Shown: piece after piece, positions 10,014 to 20,714 of the stretch | Numbering within the stretch: position 1 is the first letter of the stretch | Layout of the letters: each line of letters starts with the position of its first letter | Assembly (NCBI GenBank): GCA_019058445.1 | Contig: JAHPZA010000003.1 | Span: 607,811-671,810 of the forward strand | Reading direction: 5' to 3' | Source: Promethearchaeota archaeon | GTDB taxonomy: Archaea > Asgardarchaeota > Lokiarchaeia > Sigyniarchaeales > SOKP01 | Length of the DNA: 64,000 bases | Notes under the pieces: model-generated | Seen by the model: only the letters and a program-made list of their open reading frames with translations | Told to the model about the DNA's origin: nothing | The model's database searches: none | Translations under genes and position numbers: made by a program

Positions 10014-10241
10014 TTTATCTCAATTCCTCGGAATTTTTTATTATCCAAATAATAATTGATAGATATTTAAACTTTAGTTCTAAAATTGTTTTTTCAAATT
10101 TAAGTAATGTAAAATATCTTGTATTAAATGAGTTATAATAATTTATTTACCGTAAAAACCAAATTTTTAAAAGTTCTAAAAATTTTCTCTAAATACAAAT
10201 TAGTAAAAAATAATTTAGTCACTAATTGAGGTAAAGGGATA

Positions 10242-10544
10242 TTGGCAATAAATGAGGTTATAAGTTTTCTCAAAAAGAAAGGCTTTCGTGACACTTTTCA
10301 AGTGCTTACACAATTTAAGAATTTTGAAACTGACAAACATACGTTCTATAATGAGTTAAACAAATTTAGCTATTACAATTCTTTTTTCAGAGTGAAAGAA
10401 GACTTAATTGACAAAGGTCTAATCAAAATTGAGAAAAATGCAAAAAAGAAGATGGTTAAGCTCACCAAAAAAGGATTAGATGTTTATAATAAGTTGGTCG
10501 AAATAAACGATCTCATTAATCATACAGCCGTCAAAAAGAAATAA
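10242..10544 (+). CDS. Small winged-helix DNA-binding protein
   Basis: LIDKGLI...VKLTKKG wing motif; GAGGT ribosome-binding site upstream. Confidence 0.75.
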   Translation: MAINEVISFLKKKGFRDTFQVLTQFKNFETDKHTFYNELNKFSYYNSFFRVKEDLIDKGLIKIEKNAKKKMVKLTKKGLDVYNKLVEINDLINHTAVKKK

Positions 10545-10615
10545 TCTAAATCATATCAAAATTTAAAACCTCTTTTTTCTTTTTTTATTTTTAAATTATA
10601 AGCTAATGATTCAAG

Positions 10616-11245
10616 ATGATTCTTAAAAAATTAACAGTTGGACAATTATTTACGAATTGCTATATTTTTGGCTCTGATGAGCATGTTGTCATCATCGACC
10701 CAGGTGGCGATAGCAATGTCATCATTAAAAGTGTTGACGAAGAATTTAACGCAAAACCTATAGCAGTGTTATTGACTCACGGTCATTTTGATCATTCAAC
10801 TAAAGTTGGTAGGATCAAACGTAATTACCAAATACCACTAATGTATAATAAAAAAGAGTATGATTCTGGAATTTTTTCGCAAATAGAAGCTGATAGATGG
10901 TTAGAAGAAGGTGATACAATTGAAATTGATGATATAACTCTTCATGTATTAGAAACTCCGGGGCATTCTCCTGGTAGTTTGACTTTCTATTCTAAAGATG
11001 TTAAACAACTAAATGGTATCAAATGTGATGGAATTATCTTCACAGGAGATTTATTGTTTCGCAGAAGTATCGGCAGATCTGATTTTGGTGGGGGAGATCA
11101 AGGACTTTTGTTTAGTAGCATTAAAACAAAAATAATGTATAATTCGAATTTAACAGATAATTTTTTAATTTTCCCCGGACATATGGGCAATACATCAATT
11201 GGCGAAGAACGTAGAATGAATATGTTTAAAACTTATTTTTTATAA
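10616..11245 (+). CDS. MBL-fold metallo-hydrolase (glyoxalase II-like)
   Basis: THGHFDH, TPGHSPG, FTGDLLF, PGH. Confidence 0.92.
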   Translation: MILKKLTVGQLFTNCYIFGSDEHVVIIDPGGDSNVIIKSVDEEFNAKPIAVLLTHGHFDHSTKVGRIKRNYQIPLMYNKKEYDSGIFSQIEADRWLEEGDTIEIDDITLHVLETPGHSPGSLTFYSKDVKQLNGIKCDGIIFTGDLLFRRSIGRSDFGGGDQGLLFSSIKTKIMYNSNLTDNFLIFPGHMGNTSIGEERRMNMFKTYFL

Positions 11246-11261
11246 AAAACATAGAAAGAGA

Positions 11262-11702
11262 TTAATCAATTTTTAATGTATTTATATCATATTCTATTTT
11301 TTCTCCCCTTCCTATAATTTCAGCTAAATCTTTCATAAATGAATTCATTAGGAACGTTTTTGTCTGTTCAGAAGCATTATAATTTCCGATGAATTTCTCA
11401 ATAAACAAGTTGATTATCTTTTTATGAGTTTCGAAAACTTTTTTCTGTTTAATATTTTTTTCGCATTTTAAAATAAATTCAATACCAGTGAGCTTATCCT
11501 TAGTGAGAAAAAATTTACTATTTCCCAAATCAATTATTTTCACTTCTTCTTCTCCAATTTTTTGAGCGATTGTTTGTAAAGTCGTAAAAAAATTAGATAA
11601 ATAATCTGGGTCTAGCTCCTTGGAACTTGGAAGAGTATTCTCTTGTAAATAAATTAGTTCTCCTCTGTGGTTAAGAATATATAATCCAACTACATCAGAC
11701 AT
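11262..11702 (-). CDS. Longin-like domain protein
   Basis: GLYILNHRGELIY beta-hairpin start, helix, three strands, two helices (FIEKF); pattern typical of longin/sigma-adaptin-like folds. Confidence 0.6.
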   Translation of the reverse strand: MSDVVGLYILNHRGELIYLQENTLPSSKELDPDYLSNFFTTLQTIAQKIGEEEVKIIDLGNSKFFLTKDKLTGIEFILKCEKNIKQKKVFETHKKIINLFIEKFIGNYNASEQTKTFLMNSFMKDLAEIIGRGEKIEYDINTLKID

Positions 11703-12230
11703 AATTCAGATAACTTTTATATATAATAGCGATAATTTTCTTAAAATTCTAATATTATATTTTTGATTTTTAAGAAATAAAAAGATATATATTAAATTCA
11801 TAGTGAATAACAAAATAAGTTTATGCTACTATTTCAAAAATAATTATTACTTTAGAATAAATGATTGATATTTTATTTCATCCATTATCCCAATAAGATG
11901 TACTTTGATTTTCATTTTATTCGATTTTAATGTTTTAACTAAGATTTTTCAAATTATCTATACCTTTCTACGTTAAATCATGGAGAAGCTCTACACGAAA
12001 ATTAAAATTTTAAGATAGTTCTTTTTAAATAGGGGACTATAAGATTAGGATTACATAGAATCAGTTTGCATACTTGAATATGACTTGGTAAATCTGATGT
12101 AAGGGAATATATTGACCCACTTAACTTAAAATTTTTATTTTTAATTTTCCGTTAAAAGTAAAAGATTAAAAGTACCATCCAATATTATTTTTATAAATAT
12201 TAATTTTTTTAGTGGTATTGTGAATCAGTT

Positions 12231-12515
12231 ATGATTGATGTTAATGAAGTAAAGGCAATAATAAAACGTTTTGAGGAGAAAGAAGGCGTTCGGGGAGTAA
12301 TCATCTGTGATTCTAGCGGGCTTCCAATAAAATCTAATCTTCCTACCGACCAGACAGAAGAGGTCTCTGCTTATATTACAGCTCTAATTGGAAAATCTCG
12401 CCAATGTGTTGATGCTTTAAAGGAGGGTAATTTGAAATTTATAAGGCTGGAAACCTCTAAAGGAGAAGTTATGATTGCCCTGGAGGACAATCTTATCCTA
12501 ATTATCTTAAAATAA
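12231..12515 (+). CDS. Roadblock/LC7 domain protein (dynein light chain roadblock-like)
   Basis: EGVRGVIICDSSGLPIKS, LKFIRLETSKGEVMIA; 94 aa. Confidence 0.85.
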   Translation: MIDVNEVKAIIKRFEEKEGVRGVIICDSSGLPIKSNLPTDQTEEVSAYITALIGKSRQCVDALKEGNLKFIRLETSKGEVMIALEDNLILIILK

Positions 12516-12879
12516 ACTCGAGACTTTTTTATATCTATCAATATCCTTTTTTTAAAATAATCTTAAATAGAAAATTCACATTTAAACTTAGAAATTTTTA
12601 TTAAACATAAAGTATAATATTGAATATTTTTTCTTGAAAGCACTAGAAAGAAAAAATCATAACTGGTTATTGGCCTTATGCTTTCCTTCAAATAAAAATT
12701 TTAAAAAATCTGTGATAAAAAATTAATATGATTAGGATTTATATTTTAGATACTAATAAAAAGTTTAAATTTATTTTTGAATATTTATACTATATATTCA
12801 AGTTATATCTATTCTAAAGAATAAAAACAATCTTAAAATTCTATTTTTACCGATTTAAAGTTAAAAGAGAGTTCTTCCA

Positions 12880-13230
12880 ATGAGTAAAGCAGATATTGAG
12901 AAAAAATTAGCACAACTAATGGATACCGTTCCAGAGTGCGAAGGGTTAATCGCAGCAGATTTAGATGGTAAGGTGATTGTAGGGCAGACAATTACAGAAA
13001 TGGATCATGCGAAAATTGCAAAATCCTGTGTATCAATCATTAAAGATTCCAATACCTTAGGGAACAATATTGACAAGGGATCTCTGAGAAATACCACAAT
13101 TGAGCTAGAAGAGGGTTTTGCAGTATTAGTAGGCTCAGATAAAACGGTGTTAATTGCTGTAGCCGGAATTGATGGAAAAGCATCACTTGGGCTTCTAAAA
13201 CGAAATTTAATAAGTATTTCTAAGTTATAA
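12880..13230 (+). CDS. Roadblock/LC7 (MglB/LAMTOR-like) domain protein
   Basis: EGLIAADLDGKVI, IELEEGFAVL, C-terminal helix ASLGLLKRNL. Confidence 0.75.
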   Translation: MSKADIEKKLAQLMDTVPECEGLIAADLDGKVIVGQTITEMDHAKIAKSCVSIIKDSNTLGNNIDKGSLRNTTIELEEGFAVLVGSDKTVLIAVAGIDGKASLGLLKRNLISISKL

Positions 13231-13334
13231 TTTTATTTTCTTCTTTTTTTAACTCTAAGTTACATTATAAATAACAGACTCTACTATTCTTTACAATATC
13301 AAAATTAGAAAGGAGTATTTAAAAAGTGATTATT

Positions 13335-16300
13335 TTATTTCTTATCGTCTAACCCTTCTTCTTCCAGAAGCGAATCTAAATCAGCAGTTTTTTTCGGTTT
13401 GGCTTTTTTTGGCTCTTCTTTCTTTTTTCTGAGGGCTTTTTTCGGTTTGGATTTTTTGTCTTTTTTGGTTATTTTTAGTCTCTTTTTTTTCTTTTTCTTT
13501 TGTTCAACCATTTGCCTTGTTGAGATTCGCCCTTTTTTGGGCTTCTTTTTTTTTTTCGGTTCTTTTATAACTTTTTTTGGAGGTAATTGTAATTCCACCT
13601 TTTCAGGAGGGTGTTCCACAGGAGATTCTTCAGCTTTTTCAATAGGTTCTTCCTCAGCTTCAAGCTCCTCTTCTAATAGTTCATCCAAATCAACCGTCTT
13701 TTTTGCTTCAAGCTCCTCTATATCTTCTTCTTTCTCTTTAACTTCAGGAGGTTCAAGTTTTAATTCAGAAACCTTCACATACTTTCCTCTCCTTGGACGC
13801 TTCTTTTCAACTTCTTTAACTTGTTTCTCAAGCTTTTTCTTAGTTGATCGATAATAAAAAACTGTAATCACACCAATAAGTGCAATGAATGCTAAAATGA
13901 AATACATGAAATAGCCAATAAAATAATCAAATAATGGTTTATGAGCAACATCCAAATCAATCGTCATGTGAGCTATTATTATCTCTCCTGAAACAATATT
14001 TTGGGCAGTTATTGTTATTTCTACATCCAATTCATCTGAGTCGATATCTCCTGCATCCAATTCGATGGTAATTGTTGTGGATTCTCCTGATATAAGGCGA
14101 TCCAAAATGGTATTATCTTCTCCTTTAATTTCATAATCAACACTATTTTCATCAATTTCTATATCTATTTCAAGAATTTGTAAAATTGAATTTCCAGTAT
14201 TCCTTAAACCTACTTTTATGATAGATATGGTATTTGTATAAATAAAAGACTCATCTTCCTCACTACTTAACCGTATACTATTAGTTTGTACAATAATATC
14301 AATATCAAGATTTTGACTCCCATTTAGAGTAATTGTATCTCCGAACCAAACCAAACGAAATAATTTACTTACCTCTGCATTGATTTGTTTAAGTGAAGAA
14401 TCTATTTTTAGATTAATATAGCCATTTGGACCTGTTAAGCCAGAGGTTATATTTATCCATGAATCTCCATCATAATATTGACAATATACTTTTTTATTAG
14501 ATAAAGAAATATCGAATTCTGTTGCTAAATTCGCGCTAATAATAAAAGTTTTTCCCTCAATAGGGGTTTCTGGATTTATCGTGATATTCCAAAATTTAGT
14601 AGGGCTTTTCAATCCTATAGTAAGGTTAACTGAATGATAAATACTTATATAATCTTTATTTATAACGTTAGCAACAAAAGTACAATTTTCCGGTAGATAG
14701 GTACACTTGTCTTTCTCAAAATATTGCAAAATAGCACGACTAGATCCTGGTTTCTTTAAAGCTATAATATATCCTTCGTAAGTCTCCTCTTTCTCTGGTA
14801 TGAGTAATGAATATTCATCACTTACATAAGTGCCCGCATGATTATCTTCAATATATACATCAAGAATTGTTTTCACACCACCCTGTCGAATGGGAGCATT
14901 TATACCGTCCCAAGTTAAATCATTTTCAATCGAAGGTACTGTTAAATTAACACTAAATGTTTTTGTATCGCCAGATTGTCCGAAGGATTTTAAATTATGC
15001 GTAATAGAAGTACTACTATCTATAATCCATTCCTCATTTTGGTATGAAACTAGCTTTACTTCAATTCTTACATCGAGATCATATCCAAAAAGGTCTCTAT
15101 TTTGGATTGTGGCCTTAATTTGAATTTCTTCTTCTGGATTAAGAATTGTCTCATTTTGCATGAAATTATTGAGATAAACATCGAATTCATATCCCGTATA
15201 ATCTTTTGTATATGTGAAAATTCCATCATCAATAGAAATTGAAGTATTTACCGGATAAAATCCGGGATTATATTTCCCCGTTGTCTCATTTACTATGCCT
15301 ATTAACATCTGAGCATCATAGGGATAACCTTTAGAATTATTGAGCTGTACCGTACCGGCAAGCAAATATTTATCCGCGATATTATCAAAAGTACAATTTT
15401 CTAGGACTAATTCATAGGAATCTATATATATTGGTATTTTATTGCATCCCACAATAGAATCATTTGTCCAAAAATACCCTAAATAATATGTTCCTTGAAC
15501 GGGAATATCCTGAGTAATATTATAAATTGTTTGATGATTAAAATCATAAAAAAGAAGAGTTTCATCTTTTGATAAATTGCCGTTTGTATATTCAAGATTA
15601 TTTATTAGAGTTCCATTTGGATAATATAATGATACATTAACAAAACCGCTCTTTGGTGCTAAGTTATTAGGACCTTGAATATCGGCGCGAATTGAAATAT
15701 TATCTCCAAACATGAAACCATTGGATTCCCATAGGATTCCTTTGTAATTAATATAACTATGCATTCCGCTATCTTTTATTGCATTAAACCCCGTTAAATA
15801 AAGCGAATAAGTTCCATTATATTCCGTTCTTTCGGAAAGTGAAGTGTTAATTATGCTTGTAGATACAATAACTCTTAAGTATCCCGGCATATTTGGCATC
15901 AACGATTCACTGGTTTGAGGGAATATTTCAGTACCGCCTGGGGTAGTTAAATTATGAGCGGTATAATAATTAGGATATATAAACCAAAGTTGAGTAAAGT
16001 TCCACTTATAAGCATTAAATTTATCTAGATCTAAGGTGTAATTAAAGACCCATTCTGGATCATAGTCATAATTTGCATTGTAATAAGTTGTAGCATTTTC
16101 AACTCTATAGGCAATCGCAGTATAATTTACATCAAATTTGAAACCTTTAATATATGTCATATTCCATGTTAGATTTACCCGGAAATTATTTAATGCATTT
16201 ATTTTGATTGGATTAGCAAAACTATAGTTCCATATTCCAAATCCCCATTCAAGATTTGGACTATCACTATATTCGATTTTAAAATTATTTAAATATTCTT

Positions 16301-17807
16301 CATTTTCAACTTGTAATGTTTTTTGAGTATCAATTTCAAAATCGGATGGCATATAAGCTCTTGTTACATTCAATTTAAAAAGATGAGCATCTAAATATAT
16401 GGTATTAAGAGCTCGAGTATTTAACTTACTTCTTGCTATATTCCATGAATTTCCATTATCTTCTGAGATTTCTATTTGATGGTCCACCTCATTGTCTCCA
16501 TAACCTCCAGTATGAAGAGTAACTAAACTATAAACCCCGCTCGAAACATTTGATTTAATCACAATATAGTAAATGGATCCGTTTAAATTATTAGTATTAG
16601 CTGTATCAAATTCAAAATAAGTTAAATCATCATCGTGGTAGCTATTGAAATCTAATTGTATCGAATCTAACAACTGGTATAAATCTGGCTCAATGAGTAA
16701 ATTAGTCCTTGCCAGATTGTTTTTGTTATCAGAGTTAATAGTATCATTTGCTCGATAGAGAGTTATGTTTAAGTGACCAAACCTTGCTAGATCCAAGTCT
16801 AGAGTTCTTATCCACGCATGAAACCCATTTACTGTTGAATTATATCCTTTTAAATCAAATTCTAAGGCTATCCAATTATCATTTGTTATTGGCAATTCTA
16901 AAAGAACAAATGCGTATACATTGAATTCATTCACTGTTACGTTGAAAATCTTATCTAGTTCACCTGATCTATCAAACAAGAATTGAAATAGTACGCAGTC
17001 TGATTCATTAATGAAACCTAGATTTTCATTAATAATTTTCAGATCTTCAATATTAAATGGACCTTGAGTATGATTGTATCTAAATGTAGTTGTTACATTT
17101 TTCCATATTTTACTAGTAGAGTTTAACCATTTCATGTAAACAGTAACATCTACGCTTTTATTAAGATTAAATTCAAAATCTAGGTTAAACCCACCAATGT
17201 TACTTCTATTAAATGGTAAATCTATACTTGGACTGGCATCAGAAAAATTTGCACATATCGTAAGGTTTACAATCCCATTAGCAGAAGAAGTTATATTCCA
17301 AAATGTACTAGAACTAGATGTTAAATCATCTATTCCTTTACCTACTTCACCTATTCCCTCTTTAACTATTGCAGACGAATCATCTCGTACAAAACCATAT
17401 TGTTCAAAAAAGGAACTACTTGGATTTAACGCGCTATCATCTTCTATGATATATTCAGTGGTATAATTATTATTGAACTCAAATATAAAATCTCCAGAAT
17501 CGAGATACATATTGTCTGCGGGAGCAGGAATTTCAAAATATCCATTTTCATTATCCATAGTGCGAGACTGATTTTTCATATAAGTTCTAACTGTTTGGTT
17601 AACCCCTTGACCAGTTATATCGCTTGTCAAGTTATATGTAGCACTCTTTGGATAGTTGGTGTTCTCCTCATGAAAGGGAACAGTAGAATTTTTTGTATCC
17701 ATTAGTGGATTATCCCCGGTAAAGGTGGCAATATTTGAAAAAAGTATTAAAATTAAGAGAGTACTTACTAGTACTATTCCTTTGACTTTGATTTTGTGCT
17801 GAATCAA
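13335..17807 (-). CDS. Large single-pass cell-surface (glyco)protein with charged cytoplasmic tail
   Basis: N-terminal hydrophobic signal; beta-rich ectodomain with many N-x-S/T sequons; CARDB/Ig-like segments; C-terminal TM (FMYFILAFIALIGVITVFYY); ~170-aa acidic/basic tail. Confidence 0.8.
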   Translation of the reverse strand: MIQHKIKVKGIVLVSTLLILILFSNIATFTGDNPLMDTKNSTVPFHEENTNYPKSATYNLTSDITGQGVNQTVRTYMKNQSRTMDNENGYFEIPAPADNMYLDSGDFIFEFNNNYTTEYIIEDDSALNPSSSFFEQYGFVRDDSSAIVKEGIGEVGKGIDDLTSSSSTFWNITSSANGIVNLTICANFSDASPSIDLPFNRSNIGGFNLDFEFNLNKSVDVTVYMKWLNSTSKIWKNVTTTFRYNHTQGPFNIEDLKIINENLGFINESDCVLFQFLFDRSGELDKIFNVTVNEFNVYAFVLLELPITNDNWIALEFDLKGYNSTVNGFHAWIRTLDLDLARFGHLNITLYRANDTINSDNKNNLARTNLLIEPDLYQLLDSIQLDFNSYHDDDLTYFEFDTANTNNLNGSIYYIVIKSNVSSGVYSLVTLHTGGYGDNEVDHQIEISEDNGNSWNIARSKLNTRALNTIYLDAHLFKLNVTRAYMPSDFEIDTQKTLQVENEEYLNNFKIEYSDSPNLEWGFGIWNYSFANPIKINALNNFRVNLTWNMTYIKGFKFDVNYTAIAYRVENATTYYNANYDYDPEWVFNYTLDLDKFNAYKWNFTQLWFIYPNYYTAHNLTTPGGTEIFPQTSESLMPNMPGYLRVIVSTSIINTSLSERTEYNGTYSLYLTGFNAIKDSGMHSYINYKGILWESNGFMFGDNISIRADIQGPNNLAPKSGFVNVSLYYPNGTLINNLEYTNGNLSKDETLLFYDFNHQTIYNITQDIPVQGTYYLGYFWTNDSIVGCNKIPIYIDSYELVLENCTFDNIADKYLLAGTVQLNNSKGYPYDAQMLIGIVNETTGKYNPGFYPVNTSISIDDGIFTYTKDYTGYEFDVYLNNFMQNETILNPEEEIQIKATIQNRDLFGYDLDVRIEVKLVSYQNEEWIIDSSTSITHNLKSFGQSGDTKTFSVNLTVPSIENDLTWDGINAPIRQGGVKTILDVYIEDNHAGTYVSDEYSLLIPEKEETYEGYIIALKKPGSSRAILQYFEKDKCTYLPENCTFVANVINKDYISIYHSVNLTIGLKSPTKFWNITINPETPIEGKTFIISANLATEFDISLSNKKVYCQYYDGDSWINITSGLTGPNGYINLKIDSSLKQINAEVSKLFRLVWFGDTITLNGSQNLDIDIIVQTNSIRLSSEEDESFIYTNTISIIKVGLRNTGNSILQILEIDIEIDENSVDYEIKGEDNTILDRLISGESTTITIELDAGDIDSDELDVEITITAQNIVSGEIIIAHMTIDLDVAHKPLFDYFIGYFMYFILAFIALIGVITVFYYRSTKKKLEKQVKEVEKKRPRRGKYVKVSELKLEPPEVKEKEEDIEELEAKKTVDLDELLEEELEAEEEPIEKAEESPVEHPPEKVELQLPPKKVIKEPKKKKKPKKGRISTRQMVEQKKKKKKRLKITKKDKKSKPKKALRKKKEEPKKAKPKKTADLDSLLEEEGLDDKK

Positions 17808-17978
17808 AAGAATTACCGTGTATAATCCAATTTAATTTATTTATTAAGTTAATTAATTGTATTAAAATTTGCTAAATTTTTTAAACTTATTAGAAAGCTT
17901 TAGTTTTTTGTAAAATTATATAATTCCTTAAACCATTTTATTACTTATATATCTACCAAACATTTAAGTAGACCGAAT

Positions 17979-19328
17979 ATGAGTGAAGAATTAATTCTTA
18001 ATAGAATAGAAAGCAATAGGGAAGAATATATTGAATTTTTTAGAGAATTAATCAAAACAAAATCATATAATCCCCCGGGCAACGAAAAAAATGTTGCGCT
18101 AAAGATAGAAGAATTCTTAAAAAAGTCAAACATCAAATGCGATATCTTTCCTTTTGGAGATAATCGTGCCAATTTAATTGCATATTTAAATGATCAGTTT
18201 GAAGGTAAAAATTTGCTGTATAATGGACATATGGATGTTGTTCCTCCAGGGAATGTTGATGATTGGAAATATCCTCCCCTTTCAGCAACTATAAAAAGGA
18301 AAAAATTTATTTACGGTAGAGGCACTGCCGATATGAAAGGAGGTGTAGCGGCAATGGCTATAGCTTTAAAAATTTTGAAAGATTTAGAGATTGAATTATC
18401 TGGAAATTTAATTTTTAACGCAGTCGCTGATGAAGAAACAGGAGGGAAGTTTGGGACAGGATGGTGTTTAGAAAATGTGTTAGAATCAATTAAATGCGAC
18501 TTTGCTATTGTAGGTGAGACTTCAAATTATAAACCATTATCACATGCCATTGTTTTAGGTGAAAAAGGGCGTGTACAACTTAAAATAATTACTAAAGGGA
18601 TATCTGGTCATGCTTCTGTACCATTTCTAGGGAAAAATGCTATTTACATGATGAGCGATTTAATGCAAAACTTAGATAAATTGGATGATTTAATGCCGAA
18701 AATTAAACCTCCTATCTCATTAGAAAAACTTAAAACACTTTTACGTGCCTCTTTTCCAAATCAAGAAAGTTTTGAGCGTGTCTATAAGGAGCAACCACTC
18801 TTAGCTAACGTATCTAAAGCACTTACCCAGTTCACTAAAATAGTCACAATGATTAAAGCAGGAATAAAAGAAAATGTGATCCCAGATCATTGTGAAGCAA
18901 TAATGGACTTTAGATTACTTCCCGGGCAAACTAAAGAAATGGTTCTTGATGCATTAAGGCAATTAATTACAGATATTGGATATGAAGTGAAGGATGAACC
19001 AACAGGCCATCCAGATGAGTATTTTTTCTATTTAGAAGTAGAAGGTGCTGGTAAACCGTCATATTGGAGTGACTGGGAAAATTCCGAAGATTTAAAGATT
19101 TTCTATGATATTGTTGAGAAATGTTATAATAAAAAACCGTTTTATTTCTTATTACCAGCTTCAGCAGATGTCAGCTATTTACGAAATACTAATTATTGCA
19201 AAAACTCAATTATTTTTGGTCCTGGAGTCGGAACTACGGCCCATTCTGTGGATGAATATGTTGAAATCGAAGATTTCATTAACGCGATAAAGGTTTACAC
19301 CCTTTATGCTTACAATTTCTTGAAATAA
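17979..19328 (+). CDS. M20 metallopeptidase (ArgE/DapE family)
   Basis: NGHMDVVP, GRGTADMKGG, DEETG, GHAS, AHSVDE. Confidence 0.92.
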   Translation: MSEELILNRIESNREEYIEFFRELIKTKSYNPPGNEKNVALKIEEFLKKSNIKCDIFPFGDNRANLIAYLNDQFEGKNLLYNGHMDVVPPGNVDDWKYPPLSATIKRKKFIYGRGTADMKGGVAAMAIALKILKDLEIELSGNLIFNAVADEETGGKFGTGWCLENVLESIKCDFAIVGETSNYKPLSHAIVLGEKGRVQLKIITKGISGHASVPFLGKNAIYMMSDLMQNLDKLDDLMPKIKPPISLEKLKTLLRASFPNQESFERVYKEQPLLANVSKALTQFTKIVTMIKAGIKENVIPDHCEAIMDFRLLPGQTKEMVLDALRQLITDIGYEVKDEPTGHPDEYFFYLEVEGAGKPSYWSDWENSEDLKIFYDIVEKCYNKKPFYFLLPASADVSYLRNTNYCKNSIIFGPGVGTTAHSVDEYVEIEDFINAIKVYTLYAYNFLK

Positions 19329-19405
19329 TGATCTTTTTTTAAAATAAATACTTATTTATTTTTTTTAAATTATTATTTCTTAAAACACCTATCGAGCAAA
19401 CACAA

Positions 19406-20584
19406 ATGCATGATATCAAACTTGAAGATACTATACTTGTAATAGATACCTCGAGATCGATGCTAAGAACAGATTTGAAACCTAATAGACTCATAATTGC
19501 ATTGCTGGCCGCAAAGAACTTTATTCAAACCAAATTTGCAATTGATCCTAAAGATAGGATTTCAATTGTCTGCTTTGGCAAAAATTCTCAAAAAATGACA
19601 TCATTTTCTCAAGACGAAACACTTTTGATAAAAACTTTACAAGAAATTCAAGTATCTGGTAAAGGAGTTGTTCATGAAGCTATTGCTCTTTCATTACAAA
19701 TTATTGTTGAAGAAATGAGAAAGCTCGGTGGAAAAGTAAATAGAATTTTCATTATAAGCGACAATAAGTTAAAAACTGATCCTGCGAGATTAGAGAAATT
19801 AATTAATGTTTCAAAAGGATTAGGCGTCTTTATTGATACCTGTCAGATAGGAAAACCGTCAGGTACAAATCAGAATATTTTAAAAAAAATTGCTCAATTA
19901 ACAAACGGAGAGTATGGATATTTTACTAATGAAAAAGCTATAATAAATTCTGGGAAATCTTTTGCTTCTAAAAAGATGATTCAGCAAGCACCAGACTTCT
20001 ATAGACCCCAAGTAGAAGAAAAATCACCACCGTTAGTGAGTGAAATAGCATTATCATTAAGAAGACCTAGCGTCATGGAAATTCGATTTATGATGAGGAA
20101 TGGAGGAAAGGAGCAAGAAAAATGTCAAATATGTCATTCAATTAAAGCTCCTACGGGTTCAGATTTTTACACGGAAGGACGATTTTGTCCCAATTGTGAT
20201 CGCCCCATGCATTTATCGTGTGCATCAATGTGGGCAGCCAAATCTGAACACAAAGAAAACGTGTTCCGATGCCCGTTTTGCTATTTTCTATTAAAACTTC
20301 CGAAATCTGCTTCAAAATTAATGAAGGCAAAGGAGGAGGAACCTAAAAAGGTAAGCATAATTGACGATGATAACTACAAAAAAACAAGGATGATCGAAAT
20401 TGATGAAAAAAATATCAGTCAAATAGATGAGTCATGCACGTATTGCCATAATATTTTTTTAGGTGAATATAAAGTATTCCAGTGCATAAAGTGCGGATCA
20501 TATTATCATGAACCTTGTCTTCAAAAAATCTTTAATGAACTCAAAGCTTGTATGTTCTGTGGAGCTGAAATTATCCTTGAATAA
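19406..20584 (+). CDS. vWA domain protein (Ssl1/p44- or Rpn10-like) with two C4HC3 zinc fingers
   Basis: IDTSRSMLRTDLKPNRL; CQIC..CPNC-x4-HLSC..CPFC and CTYC..CIKC-x4-HEPC..CMFC. Confidence 0.8.
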   Translation: MHDIKLEDTILVIDTSRSMLRTDLKPNRLIIALLAAKNFIQTKFAIDPKDRISIVCFGKNSQKMTSFSQDETLLIKTLQEIQVSGKGVVHEAIALSLQIIVEEMRKLGGKVNRIFIISDNKLKTDPARLEKLINVSKGLGVFIDTCQIGKPSGTNQNILKKIAQLTNGEYGYFTNEKAIINSGKSFASKKMIQQAPDFYRPQVEEKSPPLVSEIALSLRRPSVMEIRFMMRNGGKEQEKCQICHSIKAPTGSDFYTEGRFCPNCDRPMHLSCASMWAAKSEHKENVFRCPFCYFLLKLPKSASKLMKAKEEEPKKVSIIDDDNYKKTRMIEIDEKNISQIDESCTYCHNIFLGEYKVFQCIKCGSYYHEPCLQKIFNELKACMFCGAEIILE

Positions 20585-20714
20585 TTTGAACATAATAGTT
20601 TCTATTGAAAAAGCAGATTAGACGCTTTTAAATATTAATTAAATCTTGGTTTTGTTTAAAATATTTAAGGGAACAATCGTTTTATTAATAATAAAATAAA
20701 TGAGGTAGTTCAAT

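Noticed and set aside
12051-12102. Possible hairpins upstream of roadblock genes (also ~12635-12690)
   Set aside because: Short AT/GU-rich stems with bulges and no shared motif; within chance for this composition.
13399-13854. Antisense/overlapping ORFs in the track (e.g. 183-545, 9808-10059, 13399-13854, 42021-42557, 59028-59402)
   Set aside because: Shadows of real genes; the F/S/L-rich composition mirrors K/E codons on the coding strand.
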